DNA from: a virus
Lineage: Duplodnaviria > Heunggongvirae > Uroviricota > Caudoviricetes
Direction: 5' to 3' (one strand)
IMG/VR virus record: IMGVR_UViG_2724679538_000007
Span: 1 to 38,703 of that record
DNA: 38,703 bases
Position 1 is the stretch's first letter; each line of letters begins with the position of its first letter. Under the pieces are notes generated by a model. It was not told where the DNA came from, made no database searches, and saw only the letters and a program-made list of their open reading frames with translations. This document shows, piece by piece, positions 8,096-16,696 of this stretch. The translations under genes were made by a program, and so were the position numbers.

Positions 8096-8140
8096 CGCTC
8101 TTTAACAGTCATGGTCCTCATTCCCGCCGAAATGCGGGAA
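8096..8140 (+). promoter_or_regulatory. nutR (boxA CGCTCTTTA plus boxB hairpin TTCCCGC-CGAAAT-GCGGGAA)
   Basis: BoxB stem-loop identical in sequence to the nutL copy; located between cro and cII. Confidence 0.7.
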
Positions 8141-8197
8141 TACAACGCGCATAAGTTGATGCGCATAACTTCTTATTAGTTAAGGAAATACTTACAT

Positions 8198-8476
8198 ATG
8201 CAACTTACAAGTACTCGCAAGAAAGCGAATGCAATTACAAGCAACATCCTGAATCGAATTGCTGTACGTGGTCAGCGAAAGGTTGCCGACGCGTTAGGGA
8301 TTAATGAATCGCAAATTTCGCGATGGAAAGACAGCTTCATCCCAAAAATGGGAATGCTTCTGGCTGTTCTTGAATGGGGTGTTGAAGACGAGGAGTTGGC
8401 GGAACTGGCTAAGAAAGTAGCAAGAATGCTGACAAAAGAAAAAGCCCCGAAGAACGGCGAATTCTTCGAGGCCTGA
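8198..8476 (+). CDS. cII: CII transcriptional activator (92 aa)
   Basis: [57 protein letters not shown] parallels lambda CII ([49 protein letters not shown]). Confidence 0.9.
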   Translation: MQLTSTRKKANAITSNILNRIAVRGQRKVADALGINESQISRWKDSFIPKMGMLLAVLEWGVEDEELAELAKKVARMLTKEKAPKNGEFFEA

Positions 8477-8510
8477 TGTAGAAAGACTGGATCAATCCAC
8501 AGGAGTAATT

Positions 8511-8657
8511 ATGACAAAACAACTCAGTCCTTACCAGGACAAAATTCACAAACACATACTACGTGATCGCTTCCTGTCCAGCTTCAAGCAGCCTGGTCGA
8601 TTCCGGGCTGAGTTGGAAAAAGTGAAGCTGATGCAGAAGGAGAAAGGTCATGAGTAA
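8511..8657 (+). CDS. Hypothetical small ORF (48 aa) between cII and O
   Basis: ATG with AGGAG RBS; its stop overlaps the O start; not in track (under 60 aa). Confidence 0.3.
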   Translation: MTKQLSPYQDKIHKHILRDRFLSSFKQPGRFRAELEKVKLMQKEKGHE

Positions 8658-9510
8658 TCTTGCAACCGTAACACATTTAAGGCCTTCACAACGGCCTGTG
8701 GAGCGTCGTGTGGCAGAAGTTGAAGATGGTTATACCCGTCTTGCAAATGCCCTGTATGAAGAGCTTATCGGCGCAGATTTAACGAAAAATCAGAGCAAGG
8801 TTGCCCACGCCATATGCCGTAAAACATACGGCTACGGTAAAAAGATGGATCGCATCTCTGATAGTCAGTTAGCTCAAATTACCAGGCTGCCAAGACAGAA
8901 GGTAAACAAGGCCAAGAATGAGCTTATCGCGATGAAGGTTATCCTTCGCGAAGGCCAGCAAATCGGGCCTAACAAGAACATCGAGGAATGGCAAATCGAA
9001 GGGTGTCACTACTCTGGTGATAATGTCACTGCATTGGTGACAAAAAGTGTCACCAAAACGGTGACAGCGCTGTCACCAAAACAGGGACACACAAAAGAAA
9101 CTATTACAAAAGAAAAAAGAAATAATAAAAACACTATGTCCGAAAGTGTTCGGACGGAGTGTGAAAAATCACCTGACCGTCACGAAGAAACCGACAAGGC
9201 ATTCGAGGAAATATTCTGGTGTGCAGGCATGCGGAAAGCCGGGAAGAAAAACGCAGCTTCGGCATTCAGAACACAGTTCAGGGAATGGCGTAAAACTACC
9301 AGGGGTACGGCAAGCGAGTTTGCCACGATGTTGGCAGAAGACATCGCATGCAGGAATGGTAAGCAGTTCGGATTCGACAGGTTGTTACCATCGAGCTACC
9401 TGAACGGTCAACGCTGGAACGACGAAAAGCCAGAAACCATTCAACCACAATCCAAACCATCATCCGCAATCACCGTATCGAAAACTGGCTACGTGTTTTT
9501 CGACAGGTGA
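8650..9510 (+). CDS. Replication initiator, lambda O family (286 aa)
   Basis: N-terminal domain parallels lambda O (DGY.RL...GADLTK.Q.KV...RKTYG..K.MDRI.DSQL..IT.LP ... GPNKNI.EW); contains the ori iterons internally. Confidence 0.9.
   Translation: MSNLATVTHLRPSQRPVERRVAEVEDGYTRLANALYEELIGADLTKNQSKVAHAICRKTYGYGKKMDRISDSQLAQITRLPRQKVNKAKNELIAMKVILREGQQIGPNKNIEEWQIEGCHYSGDNVTALVTKSVTKTVTALSPKQGHTKETITKEKRNNKNTMSESVRTECEKSPDRHEETDKAFEEIFWCAGMRKAGKKNAASAFRTQFREWRKTTRGTASEFATMLAEDIACRNGKQFGFDRLLPSSYLNGQRWNDEKPETIQPQSKPSSAITVSKTGYVFFDR
9003..9135 (+). repeat. Origin of replication: inverted/direct iterons (GTGACA/TGTCACC units) followed by an AT-rich tract
   Basis: ggtgacaaaaagtgtcaccaaaacggtgacagcgctgtcaccaaaacagggacac followed by acaaaagaaactattacaaaagaaaaaagaaataataaaaacac; same layout as ori-lambda inside O. 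Confidence 0.6.
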
Positions 9511-9513
9511 ACC

Positions 9514-9621
9514 ATGAAATCAAAAATCAAATCGCTACTGGTCGCTGGTTATAACCACGGCTGGTTAAGTATTTCATTTGTCGATTTCTGGTTTAAAAAT
9601 CTCAATCTGAGGGAATCATGA
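9514..9621 (+). CDS. Hypothetical small ORF (35 aa) between O and the helicase gene
   Basis: ATG 4 nt after the O stop; TGA overlaps the helicase ATG (ATGA); no clear RBS. Confidence 0.25.
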   Translation: MKSKIKSLLVAGYNHGWLSISFVDFWFKNLNLRES

Positions 9622-11498
9622 CGCCAAGTGAACTTAGCGACCTGCTTTGGGCGCAGGTTGACAGGGTGGCTCCGCACCTGTTGCCAAACGGCAAGAAAGA
9701 GGGGCATGAGTGGGTTGCCGGTAACGTCAACGGCGACAAGGGAAACAGCCTTAAGGTCAACCTTAGCGGCAAGAAAAAATGGGCTGATTTCGCCGAGGGA
9801 GACGGCGGTGACATGCTTGATTTGTGGATGGCATGTCGTGGAATTAACCTGCATCAGGCTATGCAGGAAGCGAAAGCATTTCTCGGTATCAAGGATGACG
9901 ATCACCATTTCGATGCCAAACGTGAGAAAAAATTCTCCAGACCTGATCGCAAGAAAATCGCCCGCTACGTTACCAGAACAGAATCCCATCTTGAGTACCT
10001 GCAATCGCGTGGCATATCGCCAGAAATCGTAAAGCGCTACGAGGTTGTCAGCGGCAAGGTGTGGAATGGAGAGCGGGAACTGGATGCTCTGGTGATTCCG
10101 TACAAACGCGATGGTGAGTTGTTGCAGGTCAAGCGAATCAGCACTGAGCGCCCGGACGGGAAGAAAGTCATTATGGCAGAAGGTGATTGCGAACCTTGTC
10201 TGTTCGGATGGCAGGCTCTGGACGCTGGCGTGAGGGCGGTTGTACTTTGCGAAGGCGAAATTGATTGTATGAGCTATGCGCAATACGGCATCTCGGCGTT
10301 ATCCGTGCCGTTTGGTGGCGGGAAAGGCGCTAAGCAACAGTGGATTGAGTTTGAGTATCACAACCTCGACAGGTTTGAGGAAATATTCATCTCGATGGAT
10401 GTTGATGATGTTGGTCGTGAAGCCGCAAGGGAAATCGCAAGCCGACTCGGTGAACATCGTTGCCGTCTTGTTACTCTGCCGTACAAAGACATCAACGAAT
10501 GCCTGATGAACGGTGTTACCGAGGATGAAATCTGGCAGTACATCGGCACGGCATCCTACTTCGATCCTGAAGAACTCTACAGCGCGCGAGAGTTTTACCA
10601 GGACACTATCAACGCTTTCTACGGCAAGCAGCAGTATCTGTTTAATCCACCGTGGGAATCTCTGGCAGATAAATTCCAGTTCCGTGAGGCCGAGTTGACG
10701 CTGGTCAATGGTGTGAACGGTCACGGAAAAACGGAGGTTGTCGGGCATATGGCACTTGAGGCAATGCGTCAGGGTGTGAAGACGTGCATCGCGTCACTTG
10801 AGCTGAAGCCAGGCATTCTCCTTAAGCGACTTACCCGTCAGGCGACGTGCTGCAAGATGCCGCCAGTGCTGGAAATTGACTCTGCATTTAAATTTTATGA
10901 CGAAAGACTTTGGGTGTTTGGCCTGACCGGAACGGCGAAAGCCGACAGGCTGATCGAAATATTCGACTACGCTCGCCGCCGATACGGCATCCAGTTATTC
11001 ATCATCGACAGCCTGATGAAATGTGGCATAGGCGACGATGACTATAACGGGCAGAAGGCGTTTGTTGACTCGATTTGCGATTTCAAAAACAAAACAAACT
11101 CCCACGTCATTCTCGTTACTCACTCGCGAAAAGGTGACAGCGAAGAAAAACCAACCGGGAAAATGGACGTAAAAGGCTCTGGAGCGATAACAGACCTGAC
11201 AGACAACCTTTTCATCATCTGGCGTAACAAGGCTCGCGAGAGAGCGTTACAGAGAGTTCAGAGTGGTGAAAAGATGTCAGAGAAGGACGAACAGCTACTG
11301 GCATCTCCGGCATCTGTTTTGATGCTTGAAAAACAACGTAACGGCGAAGGTTGGGAAGGTGGTGTCCCGTTGTTCCTTGACGAGCAATCGCACCAGTTCC
11401 TGCAACTTGAATCAGGATCGCCATATAGCTACATCGCCAATATGCCGAAATCGGAATATGACGAGGCGTGGCGACAGGAAAACGTGACGGAGTATTAA
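9618..11498 (+). CDS. Replicative primase-helicase-like protein (626 aa) in the lambda P position
   Basis: Walker A TLVNGVNGHGKTEVV and Walker B-like LFIIDSLMK in the C-terminal half; N-terminal half with primase/TOPRIM-like acidic motifs (VVLCEGEIDCMSY, ISMDVDDVG); GAGGG RBS. Confidence 0.8.
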   Translation: MTPSELSDLLWAQVDRVAPHLLPNGKKEGHEWVAGNVNGDKGNSLKVNLSGKKKWADFAEGDGGDMLDLWMACRGINLHQAMQEAKAFLGIKDDDHHFDAKREKKFSRPDRKKIARYVTRTESHLEYLQSRGISPEIVKRYEVVSGKVWNGERELDALVIPYKRDGELLQVKRISTERPDGKKVIMAEGDCEPCLFGWQALDAGVRAVVLCEGEIDCMSYAQYGISALSVPFGGGKGAKQQWIEFEYHNLDRFEEIFISMDVDDVGREAAREIASRLGEHRCRLVTLPYKDINECLMNGVTEDEIWQYIGTASYFDPEELYSAREFYQDTINAFYGKQQYLFNPPWESLADKFQFREAELTLVNGVNGHGKTEVVGHMALEAMRQGVKTCIASLELKPGILLKRLTRQATCCKMPPVLEIDSAFKFYDERLWVFGLTGTAKADRLIEIFDYARRRYGIQLFIIDSLMKCGIGDDDYNGQKAFVDSICDFKNKTNSHVILVTHSRKGDSEEKPTGKMDVKGSGAITDLTDNLFIIWRNKARERALQRVQSGEKMSEKDEQLLASPASVLMLEKQRNGEGWEGGVPLFLDEQSHQFLQLESGSPYSYIANMPKSEYDEAWRQENVTEY

Positions 11499-11526
11499 AT
11501 GACCATCTACATCACTGAGCTAATAA

Positions 11527-11559
11527 CAGGCCTGCTGGTAATCGCAGGCCTTTTTATTT
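11527..11559 (+). terminator. Rho-independent terminator (tR2-like) after the replication genes
   Basis: CAGGCCTGC-tggtaatc-GCAGGCCT followed by TTTTTATTT. Confidence 0.65.
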
Positions 11560-11575
11560 GGGGGAGAGGGAAGTC

Positions 11576-12016
11576 ATGAAAAAACTAACCTTTGAAATTC
11601 GATCTCCAGCACATCAGCAAAACGCTATTCACGCGGTACAGCAAATTCTTCCAGACCCAACCAAACCAATCGTAGTAACCATTCAGGAACGCAACCGCAG
11701 CTTAGACCAGAATCGAAAGCTTTGGGCTTGCCTTGGTGACGTCTCTCGTCAGGTTGAATGGCATGGTCGCTGGCTGGATGCAGAAAGCTGGAAGTGTGTG
11801 TTTACCGCAGCATTAAAGCAGCAGGACGTTGTTCCTAACCTTGCCGGGAATGGCTTTGTGGTAATAGGCCAGTCAACCAGCAGGATGCGTGTAGGCGAAT
11901 TTGCGGAGCTATTAGAGCTTATACAGGCATTCGGTACAGAGCGTGGCGTTAAGTGGTCAGACGAAGCGCGACTGGCTCTGGAGTGGAAAGCAAGATGGGG
12001 AGACAGGGCGGCATGA
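11576..12016 (+). CDS. ninB: NinB (Orf-family recombination mediator, 146 aa)
   Basis: [76 protein letters not shown] matches lambda NinB as I recall it. Confidence 0.9.
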   Translation: MKKLTFEIRSPAHQQNAIHAVQQILPDPTKPIVVTIQERNRSLDQNRKLWACLGDVSRQVEWHGRWLDAESWKCVFTAALKQQDVVPNLAGNGFVVIGQSTSRMRVGEFAELLELIQAFGTERGVKWSDEARLALEWKARWGDRAA

Positions 12017-12195
12017 GGCGACAGCGACGAAGTATCACCGACATCATCTGCGAAAACTGCAAATACCTTCCAACGAAGCGCTCCAGAAATAAACGCAAGC
12101 CAATCCCAAAAGAATCTGACGTAAAAACATTCAACTACACGGATCACCTGTGGGATATCCGGTGGCTAAGACATCGTGCGAGGAATACAAGGTGA
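12013..12195 (+). CDS. Nin-region small protein (lambda NinD/NinE-type, CxxC-containing, about 60 aa)
   Basis: [51 protein letters not shown] resembles a lambda nin-region protein; ATG overlaps the ninB stop (ATGA); which nin letter is uncertain. Confidence 0.7.
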   Translation: MRRQRRSITDIICENCKYLPTKRSRNKRKPIPKESDVKTFNYTDHLWDIRWLRHRARNTR

Positions 12196-12362
12196 TTGAC
12201 CCAAATCGAAGTTACGAACAAGAAAGCGTCGAGCGGGCTTTAACGTGCGCTAACTGCGGTCAGAAGCTGCATGTGCTGGAAGTTCACGTGTGTGAGCACT
12301 GCTGCGCAGAGCTGATGAGCGATCCGAATAGCTCAATGTACGAGGAAGAAGACGATGAGTGA
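12192..12362 (+). CDS. Nin-region small Cys-rich protein (lambda NinE/NinF-type, about 56 aa; track ORF starts further upstream at 12150)
   Basis: [47 protein letters not shown] resembles a lambda nin-region protein; GTG overlapping the previous stop with an AGGA RBS is the most parsimonious start. Confidence 0.6.
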   Translation: MIDPNRSYEQESVERALTCANCGQKLHVLEVHVCEHCCAELMSDPNSSMYEEEDDE

Positions 12363-13077
12363 GTTAATAAATGGCAATGCCATCAAAATGACAAGCATTG
12401 AAATCGCTGAGTTGGTTGGTAAGCGTCATGACAATGTGAAACGTACCATCGAAACGCTGGCTAAAAATGGTGTTATCCGGCTTCCTCAAATTGAGGTTTC
12501 CGAAAGAATCAATAACTTAGGGTTCAATGTTCAGTACGAGCATTACGTCTTCGAAGGCGAACAAGGTAAGCGAGACAGTATTGTCGTTGTTGCCCAGTTG
12601 TCGCCAGAGTTCACCGCTCGCCTTGTTGACCGTTGGCGAGAGCTTGAAGAATCTGCGGTTAATATCCCAAAAACACTACCGGAAGCGTTGCGCCTTGCTG
12701 CTGATCTTGCTGAGCAGAAAATTCAACTGGAAAACCAGCTCGCAATTGCCGCACCTAAAGTTGAGTTTGCCGATCGCGTTGGCGAGGCCAGCGGAATTTT
12801 GATTGGAAACTTTGCAAAGGTTGTCGGTATTGGTCCGAACAAACTGTTTGCGTGGATGCGTGATCACAAAATCCTTATTGCTTCAGGTTCCCGGCGAAAT
12901 GTGCCAATGCAGGAATATATGGATCGCGGCTATTTCACCGTAAAAGAAACAGCGGTCAACACAAATCACGGAATACAGATATCGTTCACCACAAAAATCA
13001 CCGGGCGTGGTCAACAGTGGCTGACCAGAAAGCTGCTCGATAACGGAATGCTGAAAGTAACAGGGGAGGCTGCTTAA
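12355..13077 (+). CDS. Rha-family regulator / antirepressor (N-terminal Rha-like domain, C-terminal KilA-C/Ant-like domain, 240 aa)
   Basis: N-terminus (MTSIEIAELVGKRHDNVKRTIETL) looks like a Rha-type phage regulator; C-terminal half resembles antirepressor KilAC domains; family assignment from memory. Confidence 0.65.
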   Translation: MSELINGNAIKMTSIEIAELVGKRHDNVKRTIETLAKNGVIRLPQIEVSERINNLGFNVQYEHYVFEGEQGKRDSIVVVAQLSPEFTARLVDRWRELEESAVNIPKTLPEALRLAADLAEQKIQLENQLAIAAPKVEFADRVGEASGILIGNFAKVVGIGPNKLFAWMRDHKILIASGSRRNVPMQEYMDRGYFTVKETAVNTNHGIQISFTTKITGRGQQWLTRKLLDNGMLKVTGEAA

Positions 13078-13367
13078 TGGCTAACCTACGCAAAGAAGCG
13101 CGCGGCAGAGAATGCCAGGTACGTATTTACGGCGTATGCAATGGTAATCCTGAAACCACAGTTCTGGCACATTACCGGATGGCTGGAATTTGCGGAACGG
13201 GAATGAAGCCTGACGACCTGATCGGCGCATGGGCTTGTAGCGCGTGTCACGATGAAATCGACCGACGCACCCATAACCTCGACAACAAAGACGCCAGACT
13301 TTACCACCTCGAAGGCGTAATCAGGACGCAGGCGATACTGCTGAAGGAGGGGAAGATTAAGCCATGA
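13077..13367 (+). CDS. Nin-region Cys-rich protein (putative zinc-binding, 96 aa)
   Basis: CQVRIYGVC ... CSACHDE; GGGGAGG RBS; between the antirepressor and rusA. Confidence 0.55.
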   Translation: MANLRKEARGRECQVRIYGVCNGNPETTVLAHYRMAGICGTGMKPDDLIGAWACSACHDEIDRRTHNLDNKDARLYHLEGVIRTQAILLKEGKIKP

Positions 13368-13726
13368 ACGAATATCAGTTTGTACTTCCATACCCGCCGT
13401 CGGTGAATACCTACTGGCGAAGACGGGGAAGCCAATACTACATCAGCGATAAAGGCCAGAAATACCGAAAAGACGTTCAGCAAATCATCCGCCAACTTAA
13501 GTTAGACATTTTCACCAAATCACGACTCCGCATCAAAGTCATCGCAGACGTTCCAGACTCCCGCCGCCGCGACCTCGACAACATCCTGAAAGGTTTACTC
13601 GACTCCCTTATCCACGCCGGATTTGCGGAAGACGACGAGCAATTCGATGACATTCGCGTAATTCGTGGCGTGAAAGTACCAGGCGGAAGGCTTGGAATAA
13701 AAATCACCGAACTGGAGAACGCATGA
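13364..13726 (+). CDS. rusA: RusA-type Holliday junction resolvase (120 aa)
   Basis: YPPSVNTYWRRRG ... VPDSRRRDLDNILKGLLDSLIHAGFAEDDEQFDDIRV ... GGRLGIKITEL parallels E. coli RusA (PWPPSNNRYYR ... MPDRRRRDLDNLQKA ... GGRLELTITEM). Confidence 0.9.
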   Translation: MNEYQFVLPYPPSVNTYWRRRGSQYYISDKGQKYRKDVQQIIRQLKLDIFTKSRLRIKVIADVPDSRRRDLDNILKGLLDSLIHAGFAEDDEQFDDIRVIRGVKVPGGRLGIKITELENA

Positions 13727-13911
13727 ACGCCACAATTCAAACGATACCAGAGCTTCTTATCCAGACACGAGGCAATCAGACCGAAGTGGCAAGGATGCTT
13801 TCCTGCGCAAGAGGAACAGTGCTCAAGTACAACCGAGACAGCAAAGGCGAGCGTCACGTAATAGTTAACGGCGTCCTGATGGTCAAACAGGGCAAAAGGG
13901 GAAGGCCATGA
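13723..13911 (+). CDS. ninH: NinH-like small DNA-binding protein (62 aa)
   Basis: GNQTEVARMLSCARGTVLKYNRDSKGERHVIVNGVLMV parallels lambda NinH (GNQTEVARRLKCSRGTVRKY...). Confidence 0.7.
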   Translation: MNATIQTIPELLIQTRGNQTEVARMLSCARGTVLKYNRDSKGERHVIVNGVLMVKQGKRGRP

Positions 13912-14531
13912 GACTCGAAAGCGTAGCTAAATTTCATTCGCCAAAAAGCCCGATGATGAGCGACTCACCACGGGCCACGGCTTCTGACTCTCTTTCCGGT
14001 ACTGATGTGATGGCTGCTATGGGGATGGCGCAATCACAAGCCGGATTCGGAATGGCTGCATTCTGTGGTAAGCACGAACTCAGCCAGAATGACAAACAAA
14101 AGGCTATCAACTATCTGATGCAATTTGCACACAAGGTATCGGGGAAATACCGTGGCGTTGCAAAGCTTGAAGGAAATACTAAGGCAAAGGTACTGCAAGT
14201 GCTCGCAACATTCGCTTATGCGGATTATTGCCGTAGTGCCGCGACGCCGGGCGCAAGATGCAGAGATTGCCACGGTACAGGCCGTGCGGTTGATATAGCC
14301 AAAACAGAGCAGTGGGGGAGAGTTGTTGAGAAAGAGTGCGGAAGATGCAAAGGTGTCGGCTATTCAAGAATGCCAGCAAGCGCCGCATATCGCGCTGTAA
14401 CGATGCTAATCCCAAACCTTACTCAACCCACCTGGTCACGCACTGTTAAGCCGCTGTATGACGCTCTGGTGGTGCAATGCCACAAAGAAGAGTCAATCGC
14501 AGACAACATTTTGAATGCGGTCACACGTTAG
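13908..14531 (+). CDS. Q: Late-gene antiterminator Q, lambda type (207 aa)
   Basis: MRLESVAKFHSPKSPMMSDSPRATASDSLSGTDVMAAMGMAQSQAGFGMAAFCGKHELSQNDKQKAINYLMQF... matches lambda Q essentially throughout as I recall it. Confidence 0.95.
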   Translation: MRLESVAKFHSPKSPMMSDSPRATASDSLSGTDVMAAMGMAQSQAGFGMAAFCGKHELSQNDKQKAINYLMQFAHKVSGKYRGVAKLEGNTKAKVLQVLATFAYADYCRSAATPGARCRDCHGTGRAVDIAKTEQWGRVVEKECGRCKGVGYSRMPASAAYRAVTMLIPNLTQPTWSRTVKPLYDALVVQCHKEESIADNILNAVTR

Positions 14532-14574
14532 CAGCATGATTGCCACGGATGGCAACATATTAACGGCATGATAT

Positions 14575-14610
14575 TGACTTATTGAATAAAATTGGGTAAA
14601 TTTGACTCAA
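14575..14610 (+). promoter_or_regulatory. Late promoter PR' with overlapping qut site
   Basis: TTGACTtattgaataaaattgggTAAATTtgactc is the lambda PR' sequence (-35 TTGACT, -10 TAAATT) as I recall it, directly downstream of Q. Confidence 0.75.
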
Positions 14611-14637
14611 CGATGGATAAATGCACTCGTTAAATAA

Positions 14638-14673
14638 AGCCCTGAGTTAATAGCTCGGGGCTTTTTGCGTTTT
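14638..14673 (+). terminator. Short hairpin plus T-tract about 30-65 nt downstream of the PR' start (possible early terminator of a short leader RNA)
   Basis: AGCCCTGAG-ttaatag-CTCGGGGCT followed by TTTTTGCGTTTT. Confidence 0.4.
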
Positions 14674-14809
14674 AAGCACGGCCTTTCTGAAAGCACATCA
14701 AACCAAATACCAGACAGACAAAAATAATCACCTTATCCGCTGTGGCTACGGTGCGGTGTGCTTTGCATAAAAGAAAACCAGCTCAATGGCTGGCTTCGTG
14801 AAAGCGGGT

Positions 14810-14845
14810 GGCAAGAGGTTGCGCTAACAACCTCCTGCCGTTTTG
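14810..14845 (+). terminator. tR'-like terminator of the 6S-type late leader transcript
   Basis: GGCAAGAGGTTG-cgctaa-CAACCTCCTGCC followed by GTTTT; near-identical to the lambda tR' hairpin as I recall it. Confidence 0.6.
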
Positions 14846-14966
14846 CCCGTGCATATCGGTCACGAACAAATCTGATTACTAAACACAGTAGCCTGGATTT
14901 GTTCTATCAGTAATCGACCTTATTCCTAATTAAATAGAGCAAATCCCCTCAATGAAGGGGTAGAGC

Positions 14967-15170
14967 ATGTACCGTATGGACAAAATCAGAGAATGGTTCA
15001 GTTACAGCTTCGGAGGACTGACTGCGATGGGTGGCATTCTCTCCCTGAATGACTGGGCTGTCATCATTGGTATTCTTTGTACTGTCGGCACATTTGGCAT
15101 CAACTGGTACTACAAGCGCAAAGAGCGCGAGGACAGATTGAATGGCAATGTCACCGGCACTACGAAATAG
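14967..15170 (+). CDS. Holin, small two-TMD class (pinholin-like, 67 aa) with dual-start motif
   Basis: MYRMDK... has Met1 and Met4 separated by a basic residue (holin/antiholin dual start); Gly/Ala-rich TMD1, second TMD, charged C-terminus KRKEREDR; RBS overlaps a hairpin (cccctcaatgaagggg); first gene after tR'. Confidence 0.75.
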   Translation: MYRMDKIREWFSYSFGGLTAMGGILSLNDWAVIIGILCTVGTFGINWYYKRKEREDRLNGNVTGTTK

Positions 15171-15645
15171 CGTAATAGCGGCGATAAGTGGCGGGGCTAT
15201 TGCTATAGCATCTGTGTTAATCACTGGACCAAGTGGTAACGATGGTCTGGAAGGTGTGAGACATAATCCTTACAAAGACATAGTTGGTGTATGGACTGTA
15301 TGTTACGGGCATACAGGAAAAGACATCATTCCCGGTAAAACGTATACCGAAGCAGAATGCAAAGCCCTCCTGAATAAAGACCTTGCCACGGTAGCCAGAC
15401 AAATTAACCCGTACATCAAAGTCGATATACCGGAAACAACGCGCGGCGCTCTTTACTCGTTCGTCTACAACGTGGGTGCTGGCAATTTCAGAACATCGAC
15501 GCTTCTTCGCAAAATAAACCAGGGCGATATCAAAGGCGCATGTGACCAGCTACGTCGTTGGACATATGCTGGCGGTAAGCAATGGAAAGGGCTGATGACT
15601 CGCCGTGAGATTGAGCGTGAAGTCTGTTTGTGGGGGCAACAATGA
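15142..15645 (+). CDS. SAR endolysin (T4-lysozyme-like muramidase with N-terminal signal-anchor-release domain, 167 aa)
   Basis: N-terminal Gly/Ala-rich weakly hydrophobic segment [20 protein letters not shown] followed by a lysozyme catalytic region ([22 protein letters not shown]) as in phage 21/P1 SAR endolysins. Confidence 0.9.
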   Translation: MAMSPALRNSVIAAISGGAIAIASVLITGPSGNDGLEGVRHNPYKDIVGVWTVCYGHTGKDIIPGKTYTEAECKALLNKDLATVARQINPYIKVDIPETTRGALYSFVYNVGAGNFRTSTLLRKINQGDIKGACDQLRRWTYAGGKQWKGLMTRREIEREVCLWGQQ

Positions 15646-16079
15646 ACAGAGTAACCGCGATTATCTCCGCTCTGGTTATCTGCATCATCGTCTGCCTGTC
15701 ATGGGCTGTTAATCATTACCGTGATAACGCCATTACCTACAAAGAGCAGCGTGATAAAGCCACATCCATCATCGCTGATATGCATAAGCGTCAACGTGAT
15801 GTAGCAGAACTTGATGCCAGATATACAAAGGAGCTTGCTGATGCTAACGCGACTATCGAAAGTCTCCGTGCTGATGTTTCTGCTGGTCGTAAGCGCCTGC
15901 AAGTCGCCGCCACCTGTGCAAAGTCAACGACCGGAGCCAGCAGCATGGGCGATGGAGAAGGCCCAAGACTTACAGCAGATGCTGAACTCAATTATTACCG
16001 TCTCCGAAGTGGAATCGACAGGATAACCGCGCAGGTTAACTACCTGCAGGAATACATCAGGACGCAATGCCTGAAATGA
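15642..16079 (+). CDS. Rz: i-spanin Rz (145 aa)
   Basis: [34 protein letters not shown] matches the lambda Rz N-terminus; coiled-coil remainder. Confidence 0.9.
   Translation: MNRVTAIISALVICIIVCLSWAVNHYRDNAITYKEQRDKATSIIADMHKRQRDVAELDARYTKELADANATIESLRADVSAGRKRLQVAATCAKSTTGASSMGDGEGPRLTADAELNYYRLRSGIDRITAQVNYLQEYIRTQCLK
15841..16026 (+). CDS. Rz1: o-spanin Rz1 (lipoprotein, about 61 aa) embedded in the +1 frame of Rz
   Basis: [20 protein letters not shown] lipobox followed by a proline-rich segment; AAGGAG RBS 7 nt upstream; embedded architecture as in lambda. Confidence 0.75.
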   Translation: MLTRLSKVSVLMFLLVVSACKSPPPVQSQRPEPAAWAMEKAQDLQQMLNSIITVSEVESTG

Positions 16080-16115
16080 TCGGGCGATGAAAACCAAAAA
16101 AAACAGGAGCAATAC

Positions 16116-16391
16116 ATGACTAAGCTTTATCACCGCATCTCAACTTTTCTCTCTGGTTGCTGGGCGTTTATCACGTCTATTTCGTTCGCCATCTTTAGTT
16201 TCGGTAGCACAGCGTGCTCGCTTAGTCGGGGTCTGTGGCGTGCTATTTCAGCACTAGCGCCGAAATTTTTACCTGAAAAGGCTGTTTGGCGAATTGTAGA
16301 GCGAATGTGTAGTGAGAGCGTTCGCGAGAAGATTAACGTATTTGGACGTCATCCTCGAAATACAGGCGCATTGTGCAGTCCGTTACTGTAG
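16116..16391 (+). CDS. Hypothetical protein (91 aa) with one hydrophobic segment, in the lysis-terminase gap
   Basis: AGGAG RBS; region where lambdoid phages carry morons; no family recognised. Confidence 0.45.
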   Translation: MTKLYHRISTFLSGCWAFITSISFAIFSFGSTACSLSRGLWRAISALAPKFLPEKAVWRIVERMCSESVREKINVFGRHPRNTGALCSPLL

Positions 16392-16399
16392 TCATTACA

Positions 16400-16421
16400 A
16401 AGCCCATCTACGGGTGGGCTT
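16400..16421 (+). repeat. Stem-loop element 1 (AAGCCCA-tctacggg-TGGGCTT, followed by GATAATG)
   Basis: Perfect 7-bp stem immediately after the stop of the 16116..16391 ORF; paralogous to the element at 16697..16722. Confidence 0.45.
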
Positions 16422-16696
16422 GATAATGAAACCAGAATTTATTCTGGGAAACCAGTTACGGCAGTACAGCGAAACAACCCAAGCCAGTAAGTGGGGAAAT
16501 AACACTGGCAGCCACTGAAAGATGAACCTCCTGCCTTATGGCAAAAAAGATTCTTTGTGGTGGCGGACTGATGGAAAGACATCCTAATTTCAGCCAAACA
16601 TTGAAGGAGTTGTTATGTCAGCAGAAGGTTTCAATAACCCATCAAAATTCCGGGATGAGTGGGATAGCAGCGTAAAGAGTAAGTGATGCCATCACA

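Noticed and set aside
7814-8166. Minus-strand ORFs 7814..8095 and 7918..8166 overlapping cro and nutR
   Set aside because: Antisense to cro, running into the PR/OR region; no support.
9549-10283. 244-aa minus-strand ORF
   Set aside because: Entirely antisense to the well-supported helicase gene, with no RBS or family features; typical antisense artefact.
11500-13100. Lambda ninC and a lambda P homolog
   Set aside because: Neither is present: the ninB-to-rusA interval has only small nin-type genes plus the Rha-like gene, and the P slot is taken by the primase-helicase-like gene.
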